DNA of 64,000 bases from a virus (lineage: Duplodnaviria; Heunggongvirae; Uroviricota; Caudoviricetes): the IMG/VR virus record IMGVR_UViG_3300043418_000226; one strand, 5' to 3'. Position numbers and translations under genes: made by a program. Shown one piece after another: positions 28,518 to 38,806 of the stretch (positions are counted from its first letter, which is position 1; each line of letters begins with the position of its first letter). The notes under the pieces were generated by a model. The model saw only the letters and a list, made by a program, of their open reading frames with translations, had not been told where the DNA came from and searched no databases.

Positions 28518-30611
28518 ATGGCAGTAGGAGCAAGAATTACAAGTGCAAACTTAAGTGGTAAAACGGCAACAGTTACGTTTACACCATATACAGGGCAAAC
28601 ATCAGGTACCACGGTAAACCTTGGGTCTAAGACAATTCCTTTCAATAACATTACATCACACCCATATGGTGACTATAATCTTTACTTTGCGGAGTATGAT
28701 TACACATACACGTTAAACATACCCGAACCAGTTATAGATTCGCAATTGTATGTTTATATAAGTAAAATGGTAAACGATAACAACTATGGCGCCGCAACCC
28801 TTAACTTTAATGATTTTACCGCAACGGTGATTGATTTGAATGTTGATACTAACCAATATTACATTAGTGATTTACATCCATTAACAAACTCTGGATTTGG
28901 TTACCATTTTACAGGGCAAAATAACAATAATGACCATTTAATCATTTTTACCGACGCTTCTAATACTGAAATAGGTCGTTATAGCGGAACAACAGGTGGT
29001 TATGATTTTTCTGATTTAGACGGTAGATGGAATATATTTGTTGATTATGAAAATGGTGTTATCAAATATTCTAACGGTATAGATGTTTATACATATGAAT
29101 TTGATAGTAATAGATATTCATTAGATATTCAATGGGATTATGATTCAACAATGTCAAACGGATCATTTATTATTATAAAATATGACGAATCTCAGGGAAT
29201 TGACCATCACGCAGTTTTATTTAAGTCAGACGGTACTCAAACAACATTAAAATCTTGGACAAATGGAGATTATGTTGATTACAACTTCCAATTACAATTT
29301 AGTAATGACACTTTTGTTGTTGAGAATTATGATACCGACAATAATCAATTTAGAGGACTTGAAATATGTGGTCTTGATGGAACAGTATTAGAAACTGTTA
29401 CATTTGGTGATGCGGTATATAACTGTAGAGAGTATGACTTCTATGGTGATAACAAATATTTTAATATTTTCTATAATTGTAACGATAATAATGTTAATTA
29501 CGCAATAATTCATTATAATTTTAATACAACAACACTAATTCAAACATCTCACGAAAGAGGTACCAATTATAACAATTTCAATTGGAGAAGTGATAATAAT
29601 TTTTGGCCAAATGAAAACTTAGTCGAAAATTTAGTACTAAGTTTTCATAGTAACTGGAATAACTGGTCTAACTTTGGTCCTGATGTAGATTATTTAGATT
29701 TTATGTACATATTTGGTAATCAATCATCCTTTACAACATACCAATTCGCAACCGGTTCAACTGTAAATATATATCCTTGGTTAGACCAAACGGGGTCTAA
29801 TATGTTTAGAGGTAAATGTAATACCGGAGATGGTGTTGCTTCAGTATTAACAATCACTTCAGGTGCCACTCACATTGAAAGTTTAAACATACCCATTAGT
29901 GGTATATACAATGACAACTATTGGAGTATTGACGATAGAACTGTTTATAGTTTTTATACTGACCAAGATTATACTGGTTTTACAATGACTTTAATTGGAT
30001 TAACAGGTGGTACACAAGACACAAAAAACTTAACTTTTAATAATGCTTACGGAGATAACACGTCTAGAAGTCAATACAAAACATTCTATTTTGGGGCTAA
30101 CACAGTTGCAAATGGAAATGAGGGTTGGTATTTAAATGATAACACAACAGGGTTTACATCAACAGGTTTTTATTATTGGCAAAATAATTCTGACCAATTT
30201 TATACACCAACATTTTTACAAAATTCCGATATGGTATTATACCATTATGGTGATAATGTTGCTAGAGTTTTAACCGCGACAGGTATTTCTAATGAATTCT
30301 CATTATCCGCTTGGAACACAAATAAAGGTATTGAAGTTGGTGATAGTATGTTTATACATTATTATAACGACCCTCAGAATAATTATTATCACGTTAAGTT
30401 ATATGACTTTGAAGGAACATTGATTAATACATTAGACACTACATTTACCGATTATAATGATATGATAGCAATAAAAGATAGATTTGTTGCACGTTTCTAT
30501 GATGGTACAAATTATGTAATGTATATGATAAGTGCCGATAGTATTCAAAGCGTTTCATTGGCCGATTTCAACACCTATGATACCTCTAACGATTACATTT
30601 GGTGGGATTAA
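28518..30611 (+). CDS. Large Asn/Tyr/Asp-rich beta-structured virion protein (possible propeller / receptor-binding protein)
   Basis: 697 aa with beta-strand periodicity; preceded by TATTTATA; inside the fibre cluster. Confidence 0.5.
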   Translation: MAVGARITSANLSGKTATVTFTPYTGQTSGTTVNLGSKTIPFNNITSHPYGDYNLYFAEYDYTYTLNIPEPVIDSQLYVYISKMVNDNNYGAATLNFNDFTATVIDLNVDTNQYYISDLHPLTNSGFGYHFTGQNNNNDHLIIFTDASNTEIGRYSGTTGGYDFSDLDGRWNIFVDYENGVIKYSNGIDVYTYEFDSNRYSLDIQWDYDSTMSNGSFIIIKYDESQGIDHHAVLFKSDGTQTTLKSWTNGDYVDYNFQLQFSNDTFVVENYDTDNNQFRGLEICGLDGTVLETVTFGDAVYNCREYDFYGDNKYFNIFYNCNDNNVNYAIIHYNFNTTTLIQTSHERGTNYNNFNWRSDNNFWPNENLVENLVLSFHSNWNNWSNFGPDVDYLDFMYIFGNQSSFTTYQFATGSTVNIYPWLDQTGSNMFRGKCNTGDGVASVLTITSGATHIESLNIPISGIYNDNYWSIDDRTVYSFYTDQDYTGFTMTLIGLTGGTQDTKNLTFNNAYGDNTSRSQYKTFYFGANTVANGNEGWYLNDNTTGFTSTGFYYWQNNSDQFYTPTFLQNSDMVLYHYGDNVARVLTATGISNEFSLSAWNTNKGIEVGDSMFIHYYNDPQNNYYHVKLYDFEGTLINTLDTTFTDYNDMIAIKDRFVARFYDGTNYVMYMISADSIQSVSLADFNTYDTSNDYIWWD

Positions 30612-30638
30612 TTAAATTAAAACAAAAGAAACAAAGAT

Positions 30639-30887
30639 ATGAAAGTAGTAAATTTAGATATTAAAATGTTAAAGAAAAGTGATAACCAATTCGCACAAAG
30701 AAAATCGGTTATCATTAAACCAACTGAAACAACAACAGTTGCCGACATTAAAAACGCAGTTAAAGACGAAATAAAATTTCCTTTTGAAAAAGAAAAAGAA
30801 GAATTTTATTATATGTCAAAAGAATTAAAAGATACTGATATTGTTCCAAATATGTCAGGTAACGAATATATTATAACATTCAAGTAA
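30639..30887 (+). CDS. Small protein with ubiquitin-like (beta-grasp) sequence pattern
   Basis: TTVADIKNAVKDEIKFP...FYYMSKELKDTDIV aligns by eye with ubiquitin DTIENVKAKIQDKEGIP...LIFAGKQLEDGRTL. There is no C-terminal GG. Confidence 0.5.
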   Translation: MKVVNLDIKMLKKSDNQFAQRKSVIIKPTETTTVADIKNAVKDEIKFPFEKEKEEFYYMSKELKDTDIVPNMSGNEYIITFK

Positions 30888-31255
30888 TGGAATTTTTTAT
30901 CAGACAAGGGTCGACGGATCCAATTTTAAAAATGAGAATGGTAGATGACGGTAAAAACGATAAGTCATCCTTTAATGATATGTTAGAAAATTCTAACATT
31001 ACTTTTGAAATGTACGATGTTAACTCGGGAGATGCCGTTATATTGGATGGTCAATGTAACATAACAACCAGAACAAAACACTATAATCAAACCACAGATG
31101 AATTTTATATTGTTTACAGGTTTACGGAACAACAAACATCCGAGATTGGAAAATTTGAGGGTAAAATAACAATTCAATTTTTAGATACTAACCTTAACCC
31201 GACCACAAAACTTATTTTGCCGGTTAAGGAAAAATTATATATTAATATTTTTTAG
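30887..31255 (+). CDS. BppU N-terminal-like Ig-fold tail/baseplate protein
   Basis: MEFFIRQGSTDPILKMRM...G.FEGKITIQF pattern; coupled to the upstream stop via TAATG. Confidence 0.55.
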   Translation: MEFFIRQGSTDPILKMRMVDDGKNDKSSFNDMLENSNITFEMYDVNSGDAVILDGQCNITTRTKHYNQTTDEFYIVYRFTEQQTSEIGKFEGKITIQFLDTNLNPTTKLILPVKEKLYINIF

Positions 31256-31271
31256 TACAACTTTTTTTTAT

Positions 31272-31279
31272 TATATTTG
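31272..31279 (+). promoter_or_regulatory. Bacteroidota -7 box (TAnnTTTG) upstream of DNA polymerase
   Basis: TATATTTG followed by C in the intergenic region; no clear -33 TTG. Confidence 0.4.
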
Positions 31280-31345
31280 CAGATGTAAACAAGGCAAATT
31301 GTGGGTAATCACAAGATAATATGTCACATTTAAAATATATAAATT

Positions 31346-34243
31346 ATGAAAGAAGTTATCTCACAGGAAGTTATCGAAAACTTTCTGAATGGGGGGGACG
31401 ATGAAAAATACATCGTTGGTGTCGAATATGACTACCCCACAAATTCCATTTCCAAAATCATTCAGGACCCTGAAAGGGGTAAAATTGTTAAGACAGATTC
31501 ATTCGTCCCATTCTTATGGGTTGGAGATTTATCGAGTCTTAATTTTTATAGTGGTTCTAAGGCAACTCAAAAGAAAATGATGAGTAAGTGCGGTATTATT
31601 ATTGAAAAATTAGAAACATACGGAGATGAACGTATGGAGAACGGTTTAAAATATTTAGTTAAAAGTATTAAAAGTTATACCGATTTAATAAATTTCTTCA
31701 AAACGGGCGGACTTGACCCATGGGGAGAGGAAACAAGAAAATATTTTACCATTTTATCTCCAGTTGAACAGTACTTAGTTCAAACAAAAAAACGACTATT
31801 CAAAGGTATCGAAGACTATAACGGTGTTTATCGATTTGTATTCGATATTGAGACTACGGGATTAGACCCTGAAACTTGTAAAATCATATTGATTGGAGTT
31901 AAGGATAATCGTGGTCTTAATGAAACTATTAGTGCATTTGGTGAAGACGGTGAAAAGGATTGTATTATAAGATTTTTCAAATACATTAGTGATTTAAAAC
32001 CCACAATCGTTGCCGGTTATAACTCGGCTTTCTTTGACTTTCCATTCATTCTTAAAAGAGCACAAATTTTAGGGATAGATGTCGGACAATTAACCCAAAT
32101 TTTTACAGGTACTGGAATCAAAGAAAAGAAGGGTATGTTAAAATTAGCCAATGAGATTGAAGATTATACTCAACACGTTATTTGGGGATTTAACATTATA
32201 GATATTGCTCACTCTGTTCGTAGAGCTCAGGCAATTAATTCCGAGATTAAGTCATGGGGTTTAAAGTACATCACAACTTATTTAGAAAAAGAAAAGGAAA
32301 ATCGTATTTACGTTGAGGGTAGTCAAATTTCAAAAATATATCTTGATAACGAAAGTTATTACGTGAATCCTAAAACAGGTGGATATAAAAAAATCGGTGA
32401 ACCTGGTACTGAAAATCTATTGGATAGGTTCCCCGGTAAATTTGAAATTTGGACAGGTAGGAAAATTGTAGAACAATATCTAGACGATGACCTTTATGAA
32501 ACTATGGTCGTGGACGATAGTTTCAGTCAATCAACATTCTTAATATCTAAATTGGTACCCACAACCTATGAAAGGGTTGCAACAATGGGTACGGCCACAT
32601 TATGGAAAATTATCATGTTAGCATGGTCATATGAGAATAACTTAGCAATCCCATCTAAAGATGAGAAGAGACCATTTACGGGTGGTTTGTCTCGTTTGTT
32701 AAATGTTGGTTACGCTAAGAATATTGTTAAGTTTGACTACTCTTCACTTTACCCGTCTATTCAGTTAGTTTACGATGTGTTTCCTGATTGTGATGTTATG
32801 GGTGTACAAAAATCTATGTTAAAGTATTTCCGTAACATTCGTATCAAATACAAACATCTAGCGGGGGAATTAAAAGATAGTGACCCTGTACAATCAGAGA
32901 TGTATGACCGTAAACAATTACCGATTAAAATTTTTATCAACGCATATTTTGGTTCATTATCGGCACCTCACGTTTTTCCATGGGGAGAAATGGATTCAGG
33001 AGAAACTATTACTTGTATCGGTCGTCAATGTTTACGTATGATGATTATGTTTTACATGAAGAAAGGTTACAAACCTCTCGTAATGGATACAGATGGTGTT
33101 AACTTTGAAACACCTGAAAGTGCAAAGGATACTGTCTACATTGGTAAGGGTTTAAACGAATTAGTTATTGAGGGTAAAGAATATCATGGTATTGAGGCAG
33201 ATACCGCGGAATTTAACGATATCTTTATGAGAAATGAGATGGGATTAGACATTGATTATACTGCACCGTCTTGTATAAATGTGTCTCGTAAAAACTACAT
33301 CATTAAATTAGTTAAGAAAGGTAAAGAGAAAATTAAATTAACAGGAAATACAATTAAATCAAAAAAGTTACAAACATATGTTGTTGAATTTTTAGATGAA
33401 GGTTTGAAATATTTACTTGCGGGTGATGGGTTATCGTTTCTTGAATTGTACTATGATTATGTGGAAAAAATTTATAACAAAGAAATCCCACTTTCTAAAA
33501 TTGCAAACAAAGCACGTGTTAAACAATCGGTAAAAGATTATAAATTGTATGTACAAAAAAGAACTAAATCGGGTTCTTTAATGTCAAGACAGGCCCATAT
33601 GGAATTAGTCGTTGCGGGTGACTATCCTGCAGGTCTTGGAGATACGATTTACTATGTTAACAATGGTGATAAAAAATCTTCGGGGGATGTTCAAAGAATA
33701 ACAAAACCAACCAAAAAACAACAAGAAGATTATCTTGCAAAGTATGGTACCCAAATACCGGAAGATTATATCCAAATTAATTGTTATATGATTGATGAAA
33801 AGGAAATAACAAACAACCCCGACTTAAAAGGTGATTACAATGTTGCAAGGTATCTTAATAATTTTAATAAAAGAGTAGAACCGTTGTTAGTAGCATATAA
33901 CCCTTCGATTCGTGAAGATATTTTAATTGAAGACCCAAAAGACAGACAGTATTTTACTAAAACTCAATGTGAGCTCGTTAATGGATTTCCTTTAAAAGAG
34001 AGTGGTCAAGATAAGTTTGATGAGGTTATGACACTATCTGATAGTGAGGTTGTGTTTTGGAACCGAATTGGACGTGACCCATTCTTTATGTATGTTGAGG
34101 ATAGTCTTTCACTTGTTGACCCGTATTGGGTTGATTATAATAGAAAAGTTTTAGCATTACAAGCAAAAAGCACCGTTAGTAATGAAGATGAAATTCTTGG
34201 AACTAACGATGCTGATTTAAATTTATTGGCAATTGAAAATTAG
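31346..34243 (+). CDS. gp43: Family B DNA polymerase with 3'-5' exonuclease
   Basis: FDIETTG (ExoI), YNSAFFDFPF (ExoII), DYSSLYPS (motif A), KIFINAYFG (motif B) and MDTDGV (motif C). Confidence 0.96.
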   Translation: MKEVISQEVIENFLNGGDDEKYIVGVEYDYPTNSISKIIQDPERGKIVKTDSFVPFLWVGDLSSLNFYSGSKATQKKMMSKCGIIIEKLETYGDERMENGLKYLVKSIKSYTDLINFFKTGGLDPWGEETRKYFTILSPVEQYLVQTKKRLFKGIEDYNGVYRFVFDIETTGLDPETCKIILIGVKDNRGLNETISAFGEDGEKDCIIRFFKYISDLKPTIVAGYNSAFFDFPFILKRAQILGIDVGQLTQIFTGTGIKEKKGMLKLANEIEDYTQHVIWGFNIIDIAHSVRRAQAINSEIKSWGLKYITTYLEKEKENRIYVEGSQISKIYLDNESYYVNPKTGGYKKIGEPGTENLLDRFPGKFEIWTGRKIVEQYLDDDLYETMVVDDSFSQSTFLISKLVPTTYERVATMGTATLWKIIMLAWSYENNLAIPSKDEKRPFTGGLSRLLNVGYAKNIVKFDYSSLYPSIQLVYDVFPDCDVMGVQKSMLKYFRNIRIKYKHLAGELKDSDPVQSEMYDRKQLPIKIFINAYFGSLSAPHVFPWGEMDSGETITCIGRQCLRMMIMFYMKKGYKPLVMDTDGVNFETPESAKDTVYIGKGLNELVIEGKEYHGIEADTAEFNDIFMRNEMGLDIDYTAPSCINVSRKNYIIKLVKKGKEKIKLTGNTIKSKKLQTYVVEFLDEGLKYLLAGDGLSFLELYYDYVEKIYNKEIPLSKIANKARVKQSVKDYKLYVQKRTKSGSLMSRQAHMELVVAGDYPAGLGDTIYYVNNGDKKSSGDVQRITKPTKKQQEDYLAKYGTQIPEDYIQINCYMIDEKEITNNPDLKGDYNVARYLNNFNKRVEPLLVAYNPSIREDILIEDPKDRQYFTKTQCELVNGFPLKESGQDKFDEVMTLSDSEVVFWNRIGRDPFFMYVEDSLSLVDPYWVDYNRKVLALQAKSTVSNEDEILGTNDADLNLLAIEN

Positions 34244-35352
34244 ATTACATTATATGGTGTAGGCATTGCTCTATATTTTAACGCTTTATTAAGATTCTCC
34301 GCTTCGTTACCTTTCCTTTCAAGGATTTTATCGGGGCGGAGTCTTTCTAAACGAGCCATAAGTTCTTCAACTAATTTCATTTTTTCATCTTTACCTTCAG
34401 TAATTAATGATTGATAATCTAATTTGATTTGACTATCCGGTACCTGTAAATCACCTGAAAATTTACCCCATATTCTTCCTAAACCTTCTTTAGAATAAGC
34501 GATAAGATATTTTCTTACCCAGTTCTGTGATGGTTTATTTAATTTATCCCACGTTAATACTTCAGTCATAACATCGGAAGGTAATTTAATTACATCTTTA
34601 TTTTTTTGTAAACAAGTATCTCTATCTGTAGTTTCATAATACCAATACCAAACTTGGGTATTGTTAGCTATTGAACCAAAATCATATTTACCACCCGGTA
34701 CATTGTAAAGGTGTACTATTTTAGTGCCGTTAGGACCTGCAGTTATTCTATATGTTAAATCCCCACCGATTAAACGGTTTTTGAGGTTTCTATCTTGCAT
34801 CCTTAATAATAAGTCAAAAGCCGGCATCATAAAATAATTACCTGAACTACCTATTTGTCCATAACCACCAACTCCACCGAATCCTCCTCCACCGATTCCT
34901 CCAAACCCACCTAAGAATGGGTCAATAATTGAATCTCGTAATTCAGCTCGACTAAACCATAAAAGTTCGTTTATTTCTCGACCCGCAGGAATAACATAAG
35001 TTTGAGTTCCTCCACTTAATGTGAAAAAATCTTTTTTTAGTTCACTGTCACCTCCCGTTTGTAAACCAACAATTTTAGAATACGAATGTGTGTATTGTGT
35101 TTCGTAATCTAAACTTCTTGTGGTAAATGCTCTCGATAAAGATTGAGTGTCGACATCAAGTCCTGCTAATCCTGACCATTGTGATTCAATTAACCAATCA
35201 CTAACATATTGGTCATATTCTGAAATGGCTAAATCTAAAAAAGTGTCCATTTGTTCTTCTGTTAATTCTATACCACGAACTGGCATACCTAAAAGGTGAA
35301 ACACCTGAGTGTATAGTTTTTCTTTTTCTTCTGATGAAATAATTGTTCCCAT
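34240..35352 (-). CDS. Neck/head-completion protein (T4 gp13-like)
   Basis: N-terminal LLGMPVRGIELTEEQMDTFLDLAISEY resembles the gp13 LG.PVI.VE.T.EQ pattern. Confidence 0.7.
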   Translation of the reverse strand: MGTIISSEEKEKLYTQVFHLLGMPVRGIELTEEQMDTFLDLAISEYDQYVSDWLIESQWSGLAGLDVDTQSLSRAFTTRSLDYETQYTHSYSKIVGLQTGGDSELKKDFFTLSGGTQTYVIPAGREINELLWFSRAELRDSIIDPFLGGFGGIGGGGFGGVGGYGQIGSSGNYFMMPAFDLLLRMQDRNLKNRLIGGDLTYRITAGPNGTKIVHLYNVPGGKYDFGSIANNTQVWYWYYETTDRDTCLQKNKDVIKLPSDVMTEVLTWDKLNKPSQNWVRKYLIAYSKEGLGRIWGKFSGDLQVPDSQIKLDYQSLITEGKDEKMKLVEELMARLERLRPDKILERKGNEAENLNKALKYRAMPTPYNVI

Positions 35353-35389
35353 ATTTGATAAATATCGAATAATTTGTTATATTATTGAA

Positions 35390-36304
35390 ATGACCGCACA
35401 AGATATAAAAAATAGACTACGGAATTTAGAAAAAAAGGACCCTCTTTTGGTGTTAGTTAATGAAGACGTTGTAAACTCATTTACAAATGACAATTACATT
35501 AAACTTTATATAAGAAAAGAGATAAATGACATTTTAAAGGAATTGTACGAACCTTTAGGTTGTTGGTTACAAAATCCACACCCCCAAGCGAAAAAAGGTC
35601 ACTTTGGTGTTGTGATTGACGGTAAATGGAGTCCATTAAATCAAGTTGACACGAACTACAGTTGTCACGTTGTTTTATTTAATAGATGTAATAATTTTTT
35701 ATTACAACAATATCGAAAATTAGGTTTAGAGGAGATTACAATTGATGGTGAGGTATTGTCATATAAAAATCAATTTCAATTTGATGAAAATTATCATTTA
35801 GAAAAAGAAGTTTCTAAAGATAAGGTTAGAAAGTTATTGTTAATTATAAGACATAATAAAAATAAAATTTTCTTATCAGGAAATCAAATACATGACACTT
35901 TGGTGTCCATATGTAGAGATAGAATGAAAAGAGGAGATGAAAGACAGGAATTTTATATAGAACACATTAACGATTTTTTCAATGATATTACTAATATCGT
36001 TGCAACTGACGGTAGTGGTAATTCGGCTGATATGATTGAGGGTATTGACGTTTGGACAACTCACACTAACTTAGGAAATAAAACTCACCAGGTTAAAGGT
36101 ACGTGTGACATAGTGAAAGTTTCTGGAGGATATGAAATAAAGGCATCGGTTAGTGAATCCTCAAAATGTAATTATTTTGTTTTTGTTTGTGGAAGACAAA
36201 GAATTATGGTTTTCAGAACCGATTATTCTAAAATAAATTTTTATAAAGGTATGGGTGTCGTCTTTTTTAGTGAGGACTTATTACATTTAGACTTAAAATA
36301 TTAA
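35390..36304 (+). CDS. Hypothetical protein with possible PD-(D/E)xK nuclease domain
   Basis: C-terminal DMIEGIDVW...KTHQVKG fits a GID-(n)-QVK restriction-like core. Probable start 35390. Confidence 0.45.
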   Translation: MTAQDIKNRLRNLEKKDPLLVLVNEDVVNSFTNDNYIKLYIRKEINDILKELYEPLGCWLQNPHPQAKKGHFGVVIDGKWSPLNQVDTNYSCHVVLFNRCNNFLLQQYRKLGLEEITIDGEVLSYKNQFQFDENYHLEKEVSKDKVRKLLLIIRHNKNKIFLSGNQIHDTLVSICRDRMKRGDERQEFYIEHINDFFNDITNIVATDGSGNSADMIEGIDVWTTHTNLGNKTHQVKGTCDIVKVSGGYEIKASVSESSKCNYFVFVCGRQRIMVFRTDYSKINFYKGMGVVFFSEDLLHLDLKY

Positions 36305-36305
36305 T

Positions 36306-36512
36306 ATGACTGAAAAATTAAATGAATTAATGAGAATTTGTGGTATAAACCATTTAGTTTTTGTTTATCAAAAAGAAGGTAATAAAAATTTCATCGAAAA
36401 AATCGACGAACCTGAAAAAACAATAATTGTTAATATTGTTGACACGGAAGATAATGAATTGGGGCCTCTATTAGATTCTAAAATTAAAGAATTAAAGGAG
36501 TTGTTTCAATAA
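36306..36512 (+). CDS. Hypothetical protein
   Basis: 68-aa ORF 1 nt after the previous stop. Confidence 0.5.
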   Translation: MTEKLNELMRICGINHLVFVYQKEGNKNFIEKIDEPEKTIIVNIVDTEDNELGPLLDSKIKELKELFQ

Positions 36513-38243
36513 GTCTTTACTGAAAGATTCCGAATATTCACCGTCACCCATAACTTGGTCAATAATACCTTTTTTCTTTTGTAAAATATTGTAGATTATC
36601 TTCTCAACAGTATTTTCGAATACAGGGTAATAAACAAGAACGGTATTCTTTTGCCCATATCTATAAGCCCTATCTTCACCTTGAGCGTGATCCGCAGGAA
36701 CAAAAGATAAGTCGTTCATAATAACAACTTCAGCTGCCGTTAATGTAATACCAACACCGGCCGCTTTAATGTTTCCAATGAATACTTTAATTTTATCTTC
36801 ATTCTGAAATCTATCAACGTTCTCTTGTTTTCTTTCTTTGGACATACGACCATCAAGTGTTACGGAAATCTTTTTATATTTCTCATGTAACATATCTAAC
36901 GACATTGTAAAGTTCGTCAAAACAATAACCTTTTTACCTTGTTCGACAAATTTGTCAATCAATTCACAAGTGTACGGTATTTTTTCGTAAGCAATAAGTT
37001 GTCTAATTTTCATCAAACGATTTATTGTAACGGTAATTGTTTCGTCGTTTTTCTTATCATTGGTTATACGAGTAAAATCTTCTAATTCCTCATCGTACAT
37101 TTTACTTGTCAATTCAACAAAAACGGGTGTGATAATTTTTTCGGGTAAATCAAGAATATCAGTTTTCATTCTTCGTAAAACAAGATTTTTTGTTCTTTCA
37201 CGAAGTTCATCTAAGTTACTTGCACCACTTGTATTCCACACTCTTCTTGCACCAACCTTAAATTGGTAACCCGCACAATATCTACGTACATAACTTTGCC
37301 AATTCAAAGTTAACGGTGAGTCCACAATTTTTAAAAGATTAAAATAATTAATTGGTCTCGATGTCATAGGTGTTCCCGTCAATAACCAAACCTTTGGAAT
37401 TTGGTCAAGAACGTCATTTAACAGTTTTGTTCTATTGGCGGTTGTGTTTGAGATATAATGAGCCTCATCGACAATCGCCAAATCAAATTTTGCGTTAACT
37501 AATAATTTATAATCATCACTATCTTCATTATTTTCAGTAGTGTGGTAATTTTTTATTATATCGTAATTTATAATGTAATAATCAAATGTTGAACCCCATT
37601 TACGACCTTCCACAATTAATACTCTTTTATCACTATAATTTCCAATTTCTCTTTGCCAGTTAATTTTTAAAGATGCGGGACAAACAATAAGAACTTTCTT
37701 AGCACCTGACTCCATAGATGCAATGACCGCTGCCGTCGTTTTTCCGAGACCCATATCATCAGCGAGAATAAACTTATCATTGGCCAATAACTTCTCAATG
37801 GCGACCTTCTGATGATCCATTGGTGGTCTACTATCATATGGTGAATAGTCAACAATACGATTTAATTTCTTTTCTTCTTGTAAAATGGCAGCCTTAGGTA
37901 ACCACATTGCATAATTTTGTTCACTATCTAATACTTTACCCCAAATATGATACGCCTTATCCGATTCACAAAGTAATTTTTCACACCATAATTTTTCAGG
38001 AACATTAGGTAATAATCTATCTTCCATTATTTTTTCGCCAAAAGTATTAACTATCGTAATATGTTTACGTGCAACCTTTGGGGTTACTTGATGGTATTTC
38101 TGTACGTATTCTGCTTGTGGTCTTGTAAGTTTAAAATTCTTAACCTCAACAAATTTCCTCTTCCAATCTAATAATTGATTATTAGACCCCTCATACGTTG
38201 ATAATATATTTCTAGCCTCTATTTCAGGGATTTTTGTTTCCAT
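36492..38243 (-). CDS. SNF2/SWI2-family helicase (SMARCAL1/HARP-like)
   Basis: LADDMGLGKT, IVDEAH, LLTGTP and QGEDRAYRYGQ motifs. Confidence 0.92.
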   Translation of the reverse strand: METKIPEIEARNILSTYEGSNNQLLDWKRKFVEVKNFKLTRPQAEYVQKYHQVTPKVARKHITIVNTFGEKIMEDRLLPNVPEKLWCEKLLCESDKAYHIWGKVLDSEQNYAMWLPKAAILQEEKKLNRIVDYSPYDSRPPMDHQKVAIEKLLANDKFILADDMGLGKTTAAVIASMESGAKKVLIVCPASLKINWQREIGNYSDKRVLIVEGRKWGSTFDYYIINYDIIKNYHTTENNEDSDDYKLLVNAKFDLAIVDEAHYISNTTANRTKLLNDVLDQIPKVWLLTGTPMTSRPINYFNLLKIVDSPLTLNWQSYVRRYCAGYQFKVGARRVWNTSGASNLDELRERTKNLVLRRMKTDILDLPEKIITPVFVELTSKMYDEELEDFTRITNDKKNDETITVTINRLMKIRQLIAYEKIPYTCELIDKFVEQGKKVIVLTNFTMSLDMLHEKYKKISVTLDGRMSKERKQENVDRFQNEDKIKVFIGNIKAAGVGITLTAAEVVIMNDLSFVPADHAQGEDRAYRYGQKNTVLVYYPVFENTVEKIIYNILQKKKGIIDQVMGDGEYSESFSKDLLKQLL

Positions 38244-38291
38244 ATTAAAATATAAATAATTAGAATGTAAGATTAAACTATTTATTAGGAT

Positions 38292-38804
38292 ATGGACAAT
38301 AAATTACCAATAACCAGATTATCAAAATTCCTTTCACAAGATGACTTTGACTTAAATATTCAAATTGGTCAGGAGTACCTTCATGGGGATTTAAATATGA
38401 AACTTGTTTTATATCGAGTTGATAGACAGAAAACGGATATTGATTCGGTTTATGCTGAAGTAGGTTCGGATGCGATTAAATATTTTCCACCTATTGAATT
38501 TAATGGTTTGGTTAAAATTGAAGAACCTAAGAATAATTCATATAAAGGAGGGATACTTCGTTATAATGAACCGGGTAATATGGTTTTATCGGTTTACATA
38601 AAACATTTAGAAGAATTAAAAATTGACATTCGATACGGTGATTATATTGGATATCCCGAATCTGAAACAAAAACAAGATTTTACACGGTAACAAATGACG
38701 GTAAAGTTACCTCTGACAATAAACATAATATGTTTGGATATAAACCATATTATAGATCAATAACTTGTGCACCAATACAAGACGCAGAATTTAGAGGAGT
38801 ATAA
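38292..38804 (+). CDS. Neck/head-closure protein (gp14-like)
   Basis: VYAEV...IKYFPPIEF and GDYIGY motifs; lies before the tail terminator and sheath genes. Confidence 0.55.
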   Translation: MDNKLPITRLSKFLSQDDFDLNIQIGQEYLHGDLNMKLVLYRVDRQKTDIDSVYAEVGSDAIKYFPPIEFNGLVKIEEPKNNSYKGGILRYNEPGNMVLSVYIKHLEELKIDIRYGDYIGYPESETKTRFYTVTNDGKVTSDNKHNMFGYKPYYRSITCAPIQDAEFRGV

Positions 38805-38806
38805 AA

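Noticed and set aside
31346-34243. Intein or intron in the DNA polymerase (also checked the helicases and recombinase)
   Set aside because: The catalytic motifs are contiguous at normal spacing, with no intein C/S...HN junctions or LAGLIDADG motifs seen.
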